Source: Eledone cirrhosa (lineage: Eukaryota). From it: 64,000 bases of DNA. Made by a program: the position numbers and the translations under genes. Shown here piece after piece: positions 53,231 to 64,000 of the stretch; within the stretch, counting starts at the first letter, position 1; each line of letters opens with the position of its first letter. The notes under the pieces are model-generated. The model was given only the letters and a program-made list of their open reading frames with translations, ran no database searches and was not told the origin of the DNA. The stretch is from the NCBI GenBank assembly GCA_964016885.1, contig OZ024740.1, positions 219,418,001 through 219,482,000 of the forward strand. The letters run 5' to 3'.

Positions 53231-55711
53231 CAGTGGTTCTTAACCAGGGGTGCTCGCACCCCCTAGGGGTGCGAGAATGCTTCCTAGGGGGTGCGAGGAT
53301 ATCCTGGGGTAAATTTACAATTTTTCGGGAATAATGGTCGGGTAACCGAAAAAAGTGAAAAATTCTGGAAATCAAGAAGTCATTGTGCTAATTGGCATTA
53401 GGGATAATTTATAAAATTATTTTGCATTTTTTTCATTAAATTTGTCATAAACATGGCCAGAGAGTCCATTTCATTGAAAATTATTGGGGGCGAAGGTCAT
53501 TTTCGCCACACCTGAAATGATCTCGCCCCCCGGATGTGCGCCTCTGGTATAGACATGTATCACAGACATGCACACTATGCTTTTATTGTAACTTCAATTT
53601 TGCTCATAAAAATTATTGTTTTCCAGGTTTATCATCAGTATGTCCAAAAAACGAAGGTGGAATGATGACTATGTTCAGTATGGCTTCACGTGTGTTACTG
53701 ATGAGAAGGATGGTACACAACGTCCACAGTGTATCCTATGCAGCACCATGTTCTCCAACACAAATTTGAAGCCATCAAAGCTTGACGAACATTTTAAGAA
53801 CAGACATGGTGGCAAGGATGCAGAGAATGATCTTGCAACATTACGAGTCAAAAGAGCTAGGTTTGATCGTGCCGGCACTTTGCTGACACACGGATTTATA
53901 CCAACAGTGAAACCTTTATTACATGCTTCTTATCAAGTTGCATACCTGGTTGCTAAGTCAAAGAAGCCCCATACGATTCCCGAGGAATTGATCAAGCCAT
54001 GTGCCCTTGAAATGGCAAAGACTGTTCTCGGTCAGGAAGCTGCGAGGAAACTGCAACAAGTGTCTTTATCAAATGATATGATCCGTAACCGAATCATCGA
54101 CATGAGTGATGAAATCCTGGAGCAAGTTATTGCAGACATCAAGGCCAGTCCAGTAAAGATTAGCCTACAAGTGGATGAGTCAACAGATGTGTCAAATTGT
54201 TGTCAGCTATTGGTATTAGTCCGGTACGTGAAGAACAATAAAGTGGAAGAAAGTTTTCTTTTCTGTAACTCACTGAACACAACATCTAAAGCCATAGATG
54301 TGTTCAGTATGATAAAAGAATTCTTCACAAGATACCAACTTCATCTTGACAAGATTGGTTCCATATGTACTGATGGTGCACCAGCCATGCTAGGCAATCG
54401 TTCAGGGTTTGCTGCATTGATGAGAAAAGAAATTCCTGAACTGAAGATTACCCACTGCTTTCTTCATCGGCAGGCTCTTGCAGCAAAAACATTGCCCCCA
54501 TACCTGAAAAAGACTTTGGAGATTTGTGTGAAGATCGTGAATATGATTCGTGGTCGTGCTCTGAATCATCGACTGTTTCAGTTATTTTGTGAGGAAGTGG
54601 GTCAGGAACACACTGTGCTGTTGTATCATACCGAAGTGAGGTGGCTGTCACGTGGGTGTGTGCTATCTCGTATGTTTGAATTGCGAGAAGAAATTCAGCA
54701 GTTTCTCCACGGACTGGGACAAGAACTGGCTGGATATTTTGATGATCCTGAATTTATTCAAATGCTTGCCTATTTGGCTGATGTGTTCACAGCACTCAAT
54801 GAGCTCAATCGCTCACTACAATGAAGAGGGATGAACATTTTGATTGCAAGTGAGAAGTTGGCTACATTCAAAGACAAAATTGTTTTGTGGATTAGGCGTT
54901 TAAAGAAAGGGAACTTGGCAAATTTTCCTTCCCTTGAAGAAACAGTAACAGAGGATGCTTGCCTACATCAAGATTTTGTTTCAAAAATTATTGAACATCT
55001 GCAGATACTGTGCACCTCATTTGATGACTACTTCTCTTGTGGAGAGCTAAAACCCTGTGACGACTGGATCCGGCACCCTTTTAAGCATAATATGGAAGAT
55101 GTTGATGATGATAGCAACATCAAGGAAGATCTCATCGAACTCAGAAACAATCGTGGAATGCAAATGGAGTTTACCGATGGTCACTTGGAGCACTTCTGGG
55201 CTTCTCAGTTGGAAACGTATCCTGCACTGGCAAAGAAGGCTCTCACTGTGCTCACGCCTTTCGCGACTACTTACCTCTGCGAGACTGGATTTTCCTGTCT
55301 GCTTCACATCAAAACCAAGAGCCGAAATCGGCTGGATCCTCAACACAACATGCGAGTGGCACTCAGCACCAAGACACCAAGATTTGATGCCATCATAAAT
55401 GGAAAGCAACAGCAACAAAGTCACTGAATTTGGCGCTCAGCCATAATAATTCACAGCACACCATGCATAGTACAAGCACAATGTTATTTCGTTTTTTTAC
55501 TAGTATGAATGTAATCTTGATTTTTGTAATCCTGCAATGCATTATTTTGTTGTCAGTTATGTAAATAAAGAATTAAATACATGATTGTTTTGTTACTTAC
55601 ACATTATGATTATGATATCAATATTGCTTTTCATCAATTCTGGAAGGGGGTGCGAGAACTGGCTGGTGAATTGAATGGGGTGCGAACAAGTAAAAAGGTT
55701 AAGAACCACTG
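53231..55711 (+). mobile_element. Complete hAT (Buster/Charlie) DNA transposon, 2481 bp
   Basis: Perfect 15-bp TIR CAGTGGTTCTTAACC (53231-53245/55697-55711); perfect 8-bp TSD ACCTAGAT (53223-53230/55712-55719); GGGGTGCGA subterminal repeats at both ends. Confidence 0.97.
53640..55427 (+). pseudogene. Buster-type hAT transposase (ZBED5/SCAND3-like) with one in-frame TGA at 54822-54824
   Basis: BED finger PQCILC..KPSKLDEH; DESTD, CTDGAPAM, HCFLHRQAL, TEVRWLSRG, TTYLCETGFS; the two ORFs are in the same frame. Confidence 0.93.
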
Positions 55712-56602
55712 ACCTAGATGATCCGCTGCGGTTTGCCCAAGTCCAGGTTGGCGCAGTCGGAAAATCTAGTCGATATCTATCGGCCAGGTCAAATCGACCA
55801 ATTAACCCTTTGAGGCTATTACACCCCTCTCTATCGGTACAGGCCCCTACGTAGTCCCAACGTGCATCTAGGATACCATTCCAGTCCCCCACTAATAGCA
55901 AGGAGCGGGATGTCCCTAGAAAAGTCTCCAGACGATGGAAGAAGTCCGGCCGCATTGACCCGAAAGGGCCGTAGACAGCTACCAACCTAAACGCTCCGCC
56001 TTCATCACTGCCAAGGTCCAGAACCACTAGTCGACCCTCCGGGTCCAAATGTACCGTCTGTGTTGCGAGACCCAGATGTTTTTGCAGCAGAACGACAACC
56101 CCACCCCCACCTCCGGGCTGACAGAGAGATGCGTGCATCTCAAAGTCATCAAAGGTGGGGACCCGCTGTCGCATGTTGCTGATCCGGGCCTCGCAAATAA
56201 CCATCACATCTATACATTGTGACCTGAGGTCATTTAGAAGTATTGCTTGCTTCCAAGTTGAGCCCAGGCCACGCGCATTTAGACAGATAGATAGATAGAT
56301 GACTAAATAGATAGACAGATATCTAAATAGATAGATAGGTAGAGAGAACAATACATATGAATGTTGGGTTTGTATATATATCAACTACAACTTGATATAG
56401 AAGCTCCATTTTTGTGGTAGAATCACATTTATTATATATTAGAAATTCAAAGACAAAGAGACTATGGCAAAAAATCTAATGTCTAATAAAGGCTCCTGAT
56501 TGTGACAAGAAAGTAGTTTTGCTCAGATTAGACTTGACACCAACATGAAAGATAGACGTTAAATGATGATGATGATGATGATGATGATATATATATATAT
56601 AT

Positions 56603-56892
56603 GGTAAGTAAGTATGTTTTGAAACTGAGCAGGTTTGAATTTAGAAATTAGAATAGCTTTCACCGTATTTTTGACTAAAGGATTTTTAGCCTGATAATGG
56701 GGTTTAGAACCCTCAGATAAATGGAAAAAGATGAGTATTGACATACATGGGAGTTGAACCCACATCTTTGGTTATCGCCAAAGATGTGGGTTCGACTCCC
56801 ATGTACGTCAATACTCATCTTTTTCCATTTATCTGAGGGTTCTAAACCCCATTATCAGGCTAAAATTCCTTCAGTCAAAAATACAGTGAAAG
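56603..56892. mobile_element. TA-flanked fold-back element (115-bp arms 56657-56771/56778-56892) with tRNA T-arm
   Basis: Near-perfect inverted repeat; GTGGG-TTCGACT-CCCAT next to the hairpin centre. Confidence 0.7.
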
Positions 56893-56951
56893 ATATATAT
56901 ATATATTTGCATTCCTTTATTGTGCTACAATAAAACTCACCTCCTACATAT

Positions 56952-57926
56952 ATCATCATCATCATCGTTTAACGTCCATATTCCACGCTTGCATGGGTTT
57001 GGACGTGAGTTTTCCCACTTGAGGCAAGAGTGGTTGTCTTGCTTGCATAGGACTGTCTGGCGGGTTTTCTACGGCTGGATGCCCTTCCTAACACCAACCA
57101 CATTTACAGTGTGGAACTGGGAAGTTTTTACCGTGTTACCTACACGGCCACATTACAGCGTGGACTGTGTGTTTTTTTGTCGTGACACCTACACAACCTC
57201 ATTTGTTTCGGGCTGGATGTTGTGGTACCAACATAACTTTACATTGAAAGGGGTGGTGTGGATGGGGTGGGTAGTGGGACGGGGGTGTATTTTGTTAGAG
57301 GTGCCTACTGACTGTAGTAGGTTTTACTTTGTATTTAGGTAAGGCGGGTCTTCTCTATTACTGAGTACCGCCAAAGGTCTCGGTCCAGTGACATTGTCTC
57401 GGAGAGGTGTAAGTGTGTGAGGTCAGAATTTATCAAGTCGTCCCAGGTTTTTCTGGGTCTGCCTACTCCGTGGCTACCGTCTATTTTTATTGCTCTGCAC
57501 TTTTTTATACAGCTGTCGTCTTTCATGCGCATCACGTGACCATACCAATGTAGTCTTCTCTCGAGTAAACAACATCTGATCCCTCTTATTCCTAATTTTT
57601 CCCTTAGTTCGTTTATGCTTTGCCGTTCACGTATATTACTATTACACATCCAGCGGAGCATGCAAGCTTCGTTCCTCTCTAGTCTGCGTATATCCTCTGT
57701 ACACAATGCCCAGGTCTCACTGCCATGCAACATTGCTGTTCGTATGCAGGCATCATACAGCCTGCCTTTCATTTTTAGGGAGAACCCTTTAGCGGCTAAT
57801 AGTGGTATAAGCTCTCTGAACTTTTTCCATCCAGTTCTGACTCTAGCTACTGTACTTTCAGAGCACCCTCCACCACTGCTGATTTTGTCACCCAGGTAAC
57901 GGAAGCTGTCCACTATTTCTATAGAA
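56952..57926 (-). mobile_element. RTE family A 3' fragment, 5'-truncated into (TA)n
   Basis: ORF 57335..57967 is nearly identical to the C-terminus of 9188..11641; same 3'UTR and (GAT)n tail. Confidence 0.93.
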
Positions 57927-58033
57927 ATATATATATATATATATGTCAACAAGGAAAAAGGAAACACTGGAGAATACTACAATAAAAATGAGGATATAAA
58001 TATTAATTTAACATTTGATGTAGAAAATAAAAG

Positions 58034-58070
58034 AACCTTAATGTTTCGGATGTTCGTCCCTTATCAGAAA
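58034..58070 (-). ncRNA. Degenerate minimal hammerhead in TA-flanked PLE-like stub (~57945-58245)
   Basis: UUU-CUGAUAA-G-GGA-CGAACA-UCC-GAAA-CAUUA-AGG, resembling the PLE-type CUGAUGA..GAAACGUUA. Confidence 0.5.
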
Positions 58071-58959
58071 ATAGAATGAATGGAAGAAGAAATAGAAAGA
58101 CAGATGAGAGTAATACAAAAAAGTATTTTTCAGGAGTCGAAACATGTGTATAGTTAGTCAGCCATTTTGGAAGATTGGAATACAGAATGAGATCCATGGA
58201 TTAAAGAGTTACATGAGGAGAAATAAGCATTGAAGAAGTTGTATATATGTGTATTTGTATTTGTGTTTGTTTTCACAAGCTCTTCCTTGAATCTCTGGGC
58301 CCCAAACTAAAGTATTGGCTGAACTTTTCTCTTATAGGCACTGGCACTGGGTTCCTTATCATTAAAACATCCAAGAAACTTCTTATTATGTTATGTAACT
58401 TTATAGGAGGCTGGCTGAACCTACACAAGTGTGAGCTGTAACAATAACTACAACAATAACAATAATACATCAAACAATGTTGTTCTGGTCAAATTTAGAA
58501 AATTAACCAAGTATTAAATGTGAAATTGCCAAATTTTAGCACACAATAAACAGTCCATGTTGGATGGCCAAAAAATTCTACTTCAGTTTAAATACTACAA
58601 TCGACAAGCTGTCATCAACATATATATCTGAGCTGAAATTTTGCCATAGTGTACTAAGCCTGCCATAGAATAATAATTATTATTAATGTTAAAGTTGAGT
58701 CAATTTAGTATATTTCTTCATATTTTGTGCTGAAAAATGAATAAATATGAATCAACCCCAGTTATTATTTAGTACTTATTATTCTGGTACTTATTTTATC
58801 AATTTTTATTTGTTAAAATGGCAGATTGTAAACATAAACACAAATACAGTCACACATTTATTATGGGGTTTCAGCACAGTTTCCATCTATCAAATTTCAT
58901 TTTCAACTCATGCCAGTCCTTTCCACGGGGTGCAGCGCCATTACCACCTCGCTCTAGAC

Positions 58960-59239
58960 CAAGCAAGGGCAACCTTTTTTGAAAAGCGGACCGCATGATA
59001 TATGGCTCATCATCAGGTGGGCCACAAGCACTAATTTACATTCATGCCCACATTTTAAAAAAAGGGTGGTAACTCAGGTTGTTTTGATTTGTTTCTTCAT
59101 AATTCGTTCATGTTTTCTTCGATTGTAAAAAGGATAGAAAGATAAATTACGACTGAAAAGTTGGACTAAAAAATTCAGAAAGATTTCACTTAGATGAGCC
59201 ATTCAGAAAGCTTCGCAGCCCACAGGTTGCCCAGGACTG
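58960..59239. mobile_element. Old hAT-type MITE remnant
   Basis: Imperfect TIRs CAAGCAAGGGCAACC / GGTTGCCCAGGACTG; TSD not convincing. Confidence 0.45.
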
Positions 59240-59929
59240 CTCCTGGGCCAGAGTCCAATCATCCTCACCCTCACTCTCCCCACTCTTCTGTGACACTGGA
59301 GCCCTTGCCTTTTCCTTCCTTTTCTGTTTTTTTTTTCTTTGTTTTTTAAATAATTTCCTATTTTACATTCCATTCTTTCAACTCATGGCTATATTAGAAG
59401 ACACCCAAGGTGCCACATAATGGGACCAAATCCAAAATATTATGTGGTTGTGAAGTAAACTTCTCAACCACAGAGTAACTGTATTTGCGTAAAAAAATAA
59501 ATCAAGGATGGTTATGACTGAAATGTGTTTTGTTCATAGGTCTGCTTGATGGCTTGGTGTTAACCTATAACCCAACATCAAACCAGTTAGTGCTTTACTT
59601 AGCAAGAACCACTACCAAGTGTTAATTATATGATGCTGTACAGTTTGTAGAGGTGTGTATCGAATACTTCCATATACAATATGTTTATGTATAATAAACA
59701 TTCCTAAGTCTTGCTGTGAGTATTTTAAGTTGTGATCATGTCACAGACCTCAGTAACCATTTGAGCATGCTAAATTTCAGGATCATTAATCCATCACCAG
59801 TGATGTTTATTCACTTGGTACTGAGGCAAGAAAGCTAAAGCTTCTTATATATGTATTTGTCGTTTGCAATGGATCGGAGACTTCTGTAGAATGGAAGATG
59901 ATCAAATCCCAAAACAGCTTTTGCCAAAG

Positions 59930-60255
59930 CTCCAATTGTAAAAAAAACTGGTTTGGTGGTGGCTGACTGGGAGATAAAAGCTCTTGAAAGAGAAACCTGG
60001 CATGGAATGGTGAATGATGGAGTCCATGATTTTGAGAACAGATGCATAGAGCATGAGAAGATCAAACGGGATGTGTATAAGCAATACCCTGGTGTATCTC
60101 TCGAAATGATTGGTGTCTCCATTGAATTGGTGTGCCCTGAGTGTGGAAAGGTGTGCTTGAGCAAATCTGGTCTTAAGAGCCACAGTCACAGCCATGTTCA
60201 GAGAGAACCAGTGAACTATGATCGCTATAGTATTGCAAAGAATCTCGATCTGTAG
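59930..60255 (+). mobile_element. RTE (BovB/RTE-X-like) ORF C-terminus with C2H2 finger
   Basis: DWEIKALERETWHGMV..FE..CPECGKVCLSKSGLKSHSHSH. Confidence 0.7.
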
Positions 60256-61294
60256 CAGGTATGTCTTGGATATTTTAAACCTGGCAAAGCCTGCCCCCTC
60301 TCCAGGTTCTTATATATAAAATTTCACAAATAATTCATTTATGGAGATGCTCATAAGTCTTTAGTAGTCATTATCAGTTTTTATCAGGATTGCCACTTTA
60401 GGAAGATGGAGATGTAGAAGAAGTGTTCCAATGGTTCAAAAAGTATAGATCAGAAGGCGTAGTTTTTATACAAAATAATTTATTTTTTTGGTTGGTTTGA
60501 ACACATGAACAAAGTGTATGCAGCAAGATGTTAGTGAAATTAGTGGGGTTTTTTGTAGGCTAAAACTGTAGTGAGACAGGCACTAATTTATCCTTAATTA
60601 CTGTCACTATCAAAGGAAGGATAATAATGTTGTATACATAAGGGATTAGAATATTTGGTAAAACAAAGTCAACAGACAAATGGTATATCTCTGAAAGGCC
60701 GTCTAACAAACTACTCTCAATGTTAGAGAGAAAAATCAAAAACATTGGGAAAGCTAGTTAAGAACTGTTGCACTACCAGCGTCCAAAACGCAACTACTAG
60801 CTAGTTTTGCAAAAGGCGTGTTCTATTGCTGGATGGAAATGGTCATTTGTATTCATATGTCAACAAGCCTACAGGGCTGGCAACTGACTAAGTACGACCA
60901 AATTATGCTACAGCAATAAAATAGTACTATCATGTCTCGCTACAAGTCTATAATATGGGCCTCAGAGGCTAGTATTAAACAGCAGCAACACTGACACAGC
61001 ATGATTCATAATAGAACAAGACTTGTGTATGTTTATTATATTTTGCCTTTCATCCTTACAAGGTCAAAATAAAATACAAGTGATGCACTGGGGTCGATTT
61101 AGTTGATTTCCCCTTGCCCTAAAACTCTTGGCCTTGTGCCTAAATCAGAAACCATTATACATAAATATATAATATATGCTTCCATATGCACCTCGATTCT
61201 AAATTACACTGTGTTGGTGCTGCTGCTGCTAAATTAACATATAAGTAGTGAAACTGAAAGTAAATAGCTATAACCTATTTATTAGTAGCATGTG

Positions 61295-61782
61295 CAGTGG
61301 TGATGGTAGTAGTGGTTGTGGTGGTGGGAGGGGGAGTATGTAGTGATGGCTGTGTTGGTGGTGGTGGTGGTGGTAGTGTTGTTGTTGGCGGTGGGGTTGA
61401 GGTTGTCGTTGGTGGTGGTGGTACTTTGTTGTTGCTGTTGGTGGTAATGGTACTTTTGTTGTTGTTGCTGTTGGTGGTTGTGGTGGTGGTACTTTGTTGT
61501 TGCTGTTGGTGGTGGTGGTACTTTTTGTTGTTGTTGTTGTTGTTGTTGTTGGTACTTTGTTGTTGCTGTTGGTGGTGGTGGTACTTTTGTTGTTGTTGTT
61601 GTTGTTGGTGGTGGTACTTTGTTGTTGCTGTTGGTGGTGGTGGTGGTACTTTTGTTGTTGTTGTTGTTGTTGGTGGTACTTTGTTGTTGTTGGTGGTGGT
61701 GGTACTTTTGTTGTTGTTGTTGGTGGTGGTGGCGGGGTGGTATGTTTGTTGTTGTTGTTGTTGCTGCTGTTGGTGGTGGTTA
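61295..61782. repeat. (GTT)/(GGT) compound microsatellite with GGTACTTT interruptions
   Basis: Direct reading. Confidence 0.95.
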
Positions 61783-61969
61783 TATACAATTATCGAACAA
61801 AAAAAACTAATAATAATGAAAAAAAGAAAATTTGTGAAAATATAATTTTTTTCTTTTTAGATAACATCTGCAGAATATTTCTTAGATTTAATAATTTTCT
61901 TATTCTCTTTTTTTCTATTTTGTGAAGCAGACTGTAATATTGACTTCATGTTTTAAGAGGTGAACATGA

Positions 61970-63160
61970 TATTTATATGGTCTTTATATAGACTTTATTT
62001 GGTTTTTATATGGTTTTTAATGTTCTTTTAAGTAGTTTTTATAGAGATTTTAATGATCTTTATATACTCTTTACAGTGTCTTTAGATAGTCTTATATGTT
62101 CTTTATACAGTCTTTATATAGTGTTTATATAGTGTTTATATTGTCTTTATATGGCCTTTATATTCCACCAGTGGTGCCTGTGTAGGATCATTCATGTGTC
62201 CTGGCACAACCGAGTGTGAAACAAAAAAAATCCTGCAGGATGCCGAGTCGTGGACATTGCAGAGGATGGTCATGGAGCACCAGTTTTACCTGGCTGGCCA
62301 TATTCTGCGCCTGCCTAATAATCGACACTCAAAAACAGTAATGAACTGGACTCCACCTGGCGGGAAACGGCATTGCCCCAGGATCACCTGGTGACGAACG
62401 TTCCAAAAAGACCTGATGGCAGCCAACATCACTTGTTACAGATGTGAAAAAGCCGCTGCTGATTGTGACCATTGGTGACTACTTACTGCTCAATGGGCCG
62501 AAAGGCATGGAAGAACCTAAGACAAAGACTAAGTCTTTGTATAATCTTTATATGATCTGTGTATAATCTTTATATGGATATGGTCTTTAATTTTTATCTA
62601 GTCCGTATATAGCTTTTATATGGTCTTCATATTTTTAAATAGTCTTTATATAATCTTAATAGTCTTTATATTCTCTTTACATGGTCTGTATATGGTCTTC
62701 ATATAGTGTTTATAAAGCTTTATACGATCTTTGTATGGTTTCTATATAGTCTTTATATAGTCTGTATAATTTTTATATGGTTTTATATAGGTTTTATTTT
62801 GCCTTTATATTGTCTTGATATTGTTTGTTAACTTTGCCTTTCATCCTTACAGGGTCGATAAAATAAAGTACCAGTAATGTACTGGGTAATTGCTGGCCTT
62901 GTGCCAAAAGTTGAAACAATTAGTTTTATGTTGTCTTTATATAATATTTATATAGTCTTTATATGATAATTATATTGTCCTTATATTGTCTTTATATGAT
63001 AATTATATTGTCCTTATATTGTTTTTATATTGTCTTTATATGATCTTTATATTGTTTTTATATGATAATTATATTGTCCTTATATTGTCCTTATATTGTC
63101 TTTATATTGTCCTTATATTGTCTTTATATTGTTGTTATATGGTTGTTATATTGTTCAGGT
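61970..63160. repeat. Degenerate ~11-bp TCTTTATAT(AG/TG) repeat field hosting RTE and SINE fragments
   Basis: Direct reading; SINE 3' half at 62828-62921. Confidence 0.75.
62190..62532 (+). mobile_element. RTE 3' fragment
   Basis: LAGHILRLPNNRHSKTVMNWTPPGGKR..PRITW*RTF..DL; CTAAGAC-type tail. Confidence 0.75.
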
Positions 63161-63411
63161 TACTATTCTATTTTTATCTTCATCTTTTTAAGATTTCAAA
63201 ATTTAAGAATTTGTCATATTTAGGTTTTATTTATGTTCAAGTGTGTATTTAATGTGATGAAATGCCAGAGATACTTGAATGTTGGATAGAATACTTGGCA
63301 GTCCATCTTCCTGCTCTCTATGCTCTTGAGTTCAAATTATGCTAATGTCATCTTTGCTTTTCATCTATTCAACATTGATAAATAAAGAGTACCAGTCCAG
63401 TACTGGCATTG

Positions 63412-63495
<84 letters not shown>

Positions 63496-64000
63496 ACACA
63501 CACACAGTGTGAGTGTGTAAGAAATCAGCCTTGTTCAGACTTGGGGAGAGATCTACCATTGTAAGTCACAACAGTGTCCCTATGATTCCATCAGAAGTTT
63601 AGGGTCCATGAATGATGGATGGAACTGTGTACTTGTCTGTGTGAACACATGTCAATGTGCATGCATGCCCATATTTGTATGTATGTATGTATGTATGTAT
63701 GTATGTATGTATGTATGTATGTATGTGTGTACATGTATGTATGTATTATGTATGTATGTTTCTCTTTCTTTTAATTTCGGGTACACTTTTGACCAGCCAC
63801 CTTCCTGGTGGCAAAGTTGTAAAAGAAAAGAAATTGGCATCCCTTGAATCGCAAGAATGTTTTTCAAACATACAAATATTTCTACATAAGTGTTTGAACA
63901 GTTCATATATTGCAACACATCTATTTATATGAACAATACATATGTATGTATGTATGAATGTTTCTCCTTCTCTTAATTTCGAGTACATTTTTGACCGACC

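Larger units (their letters stand above)
50121..56283 (-). mobile_element. Tx1/L1-clade LINE ORF2 (APE-RT-Zn finger), decayed, interrupted by hAT; no ORF1 present
   Basis: LNARGL, GDWN, YLDRF, YSDHK, PGYWKLN, KSPGLDGLPYE, NFRPITLLNTE.ILAK, RQGCPLS, AYADD, GGLG, CPRC..ETVAHALVHC; A-rich tail at 50121. Confidence 0.92.

Noticed and set aside
56778-56810. Functional tRNA gene
   Set aside because: Only the T-arm is recognisable; no D-arm or acceptor stem

Overview
AT-rich, repeat-dense eukaryotic DNA. The SINE/RTE/microsatellite complement suggests an octopod cephalopod (inference). I found no host gene I can support; nearly all short ORFs are microsatellite or antisense artefacts. Large elements: a near full-length RTE LINE (minus, ~8.8-12.4 kb, one frameshift) with sibling fragments; a second 5'-truncated RTE family (14.6-17.5 kb); a decayed mariner; a Tx1/L1-type LINE (50.1-56.3 kb) carrying a complete hAT/Buster transposon (perfect 15-bp TIRs, 8-bp TSD, one premature stop); many tRNA-SINEs, MITEs and two minisatellites. 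Most striking is a hidden layer of about a dozen short insertions in (TA)n tracts. Several are fold-back (5'-inverted), and together they contain about ten type I hammerhead ribozyme motifs of several unrelated sequence types. One type is physically linked to a Penelope-like (Neptune-type) GIY-YIG endonuclease fragment, one has a 317-bp terminally redundant retrozyme-like unit, and one fold-back carries a tRNA T-arm instead of a ribozyme.
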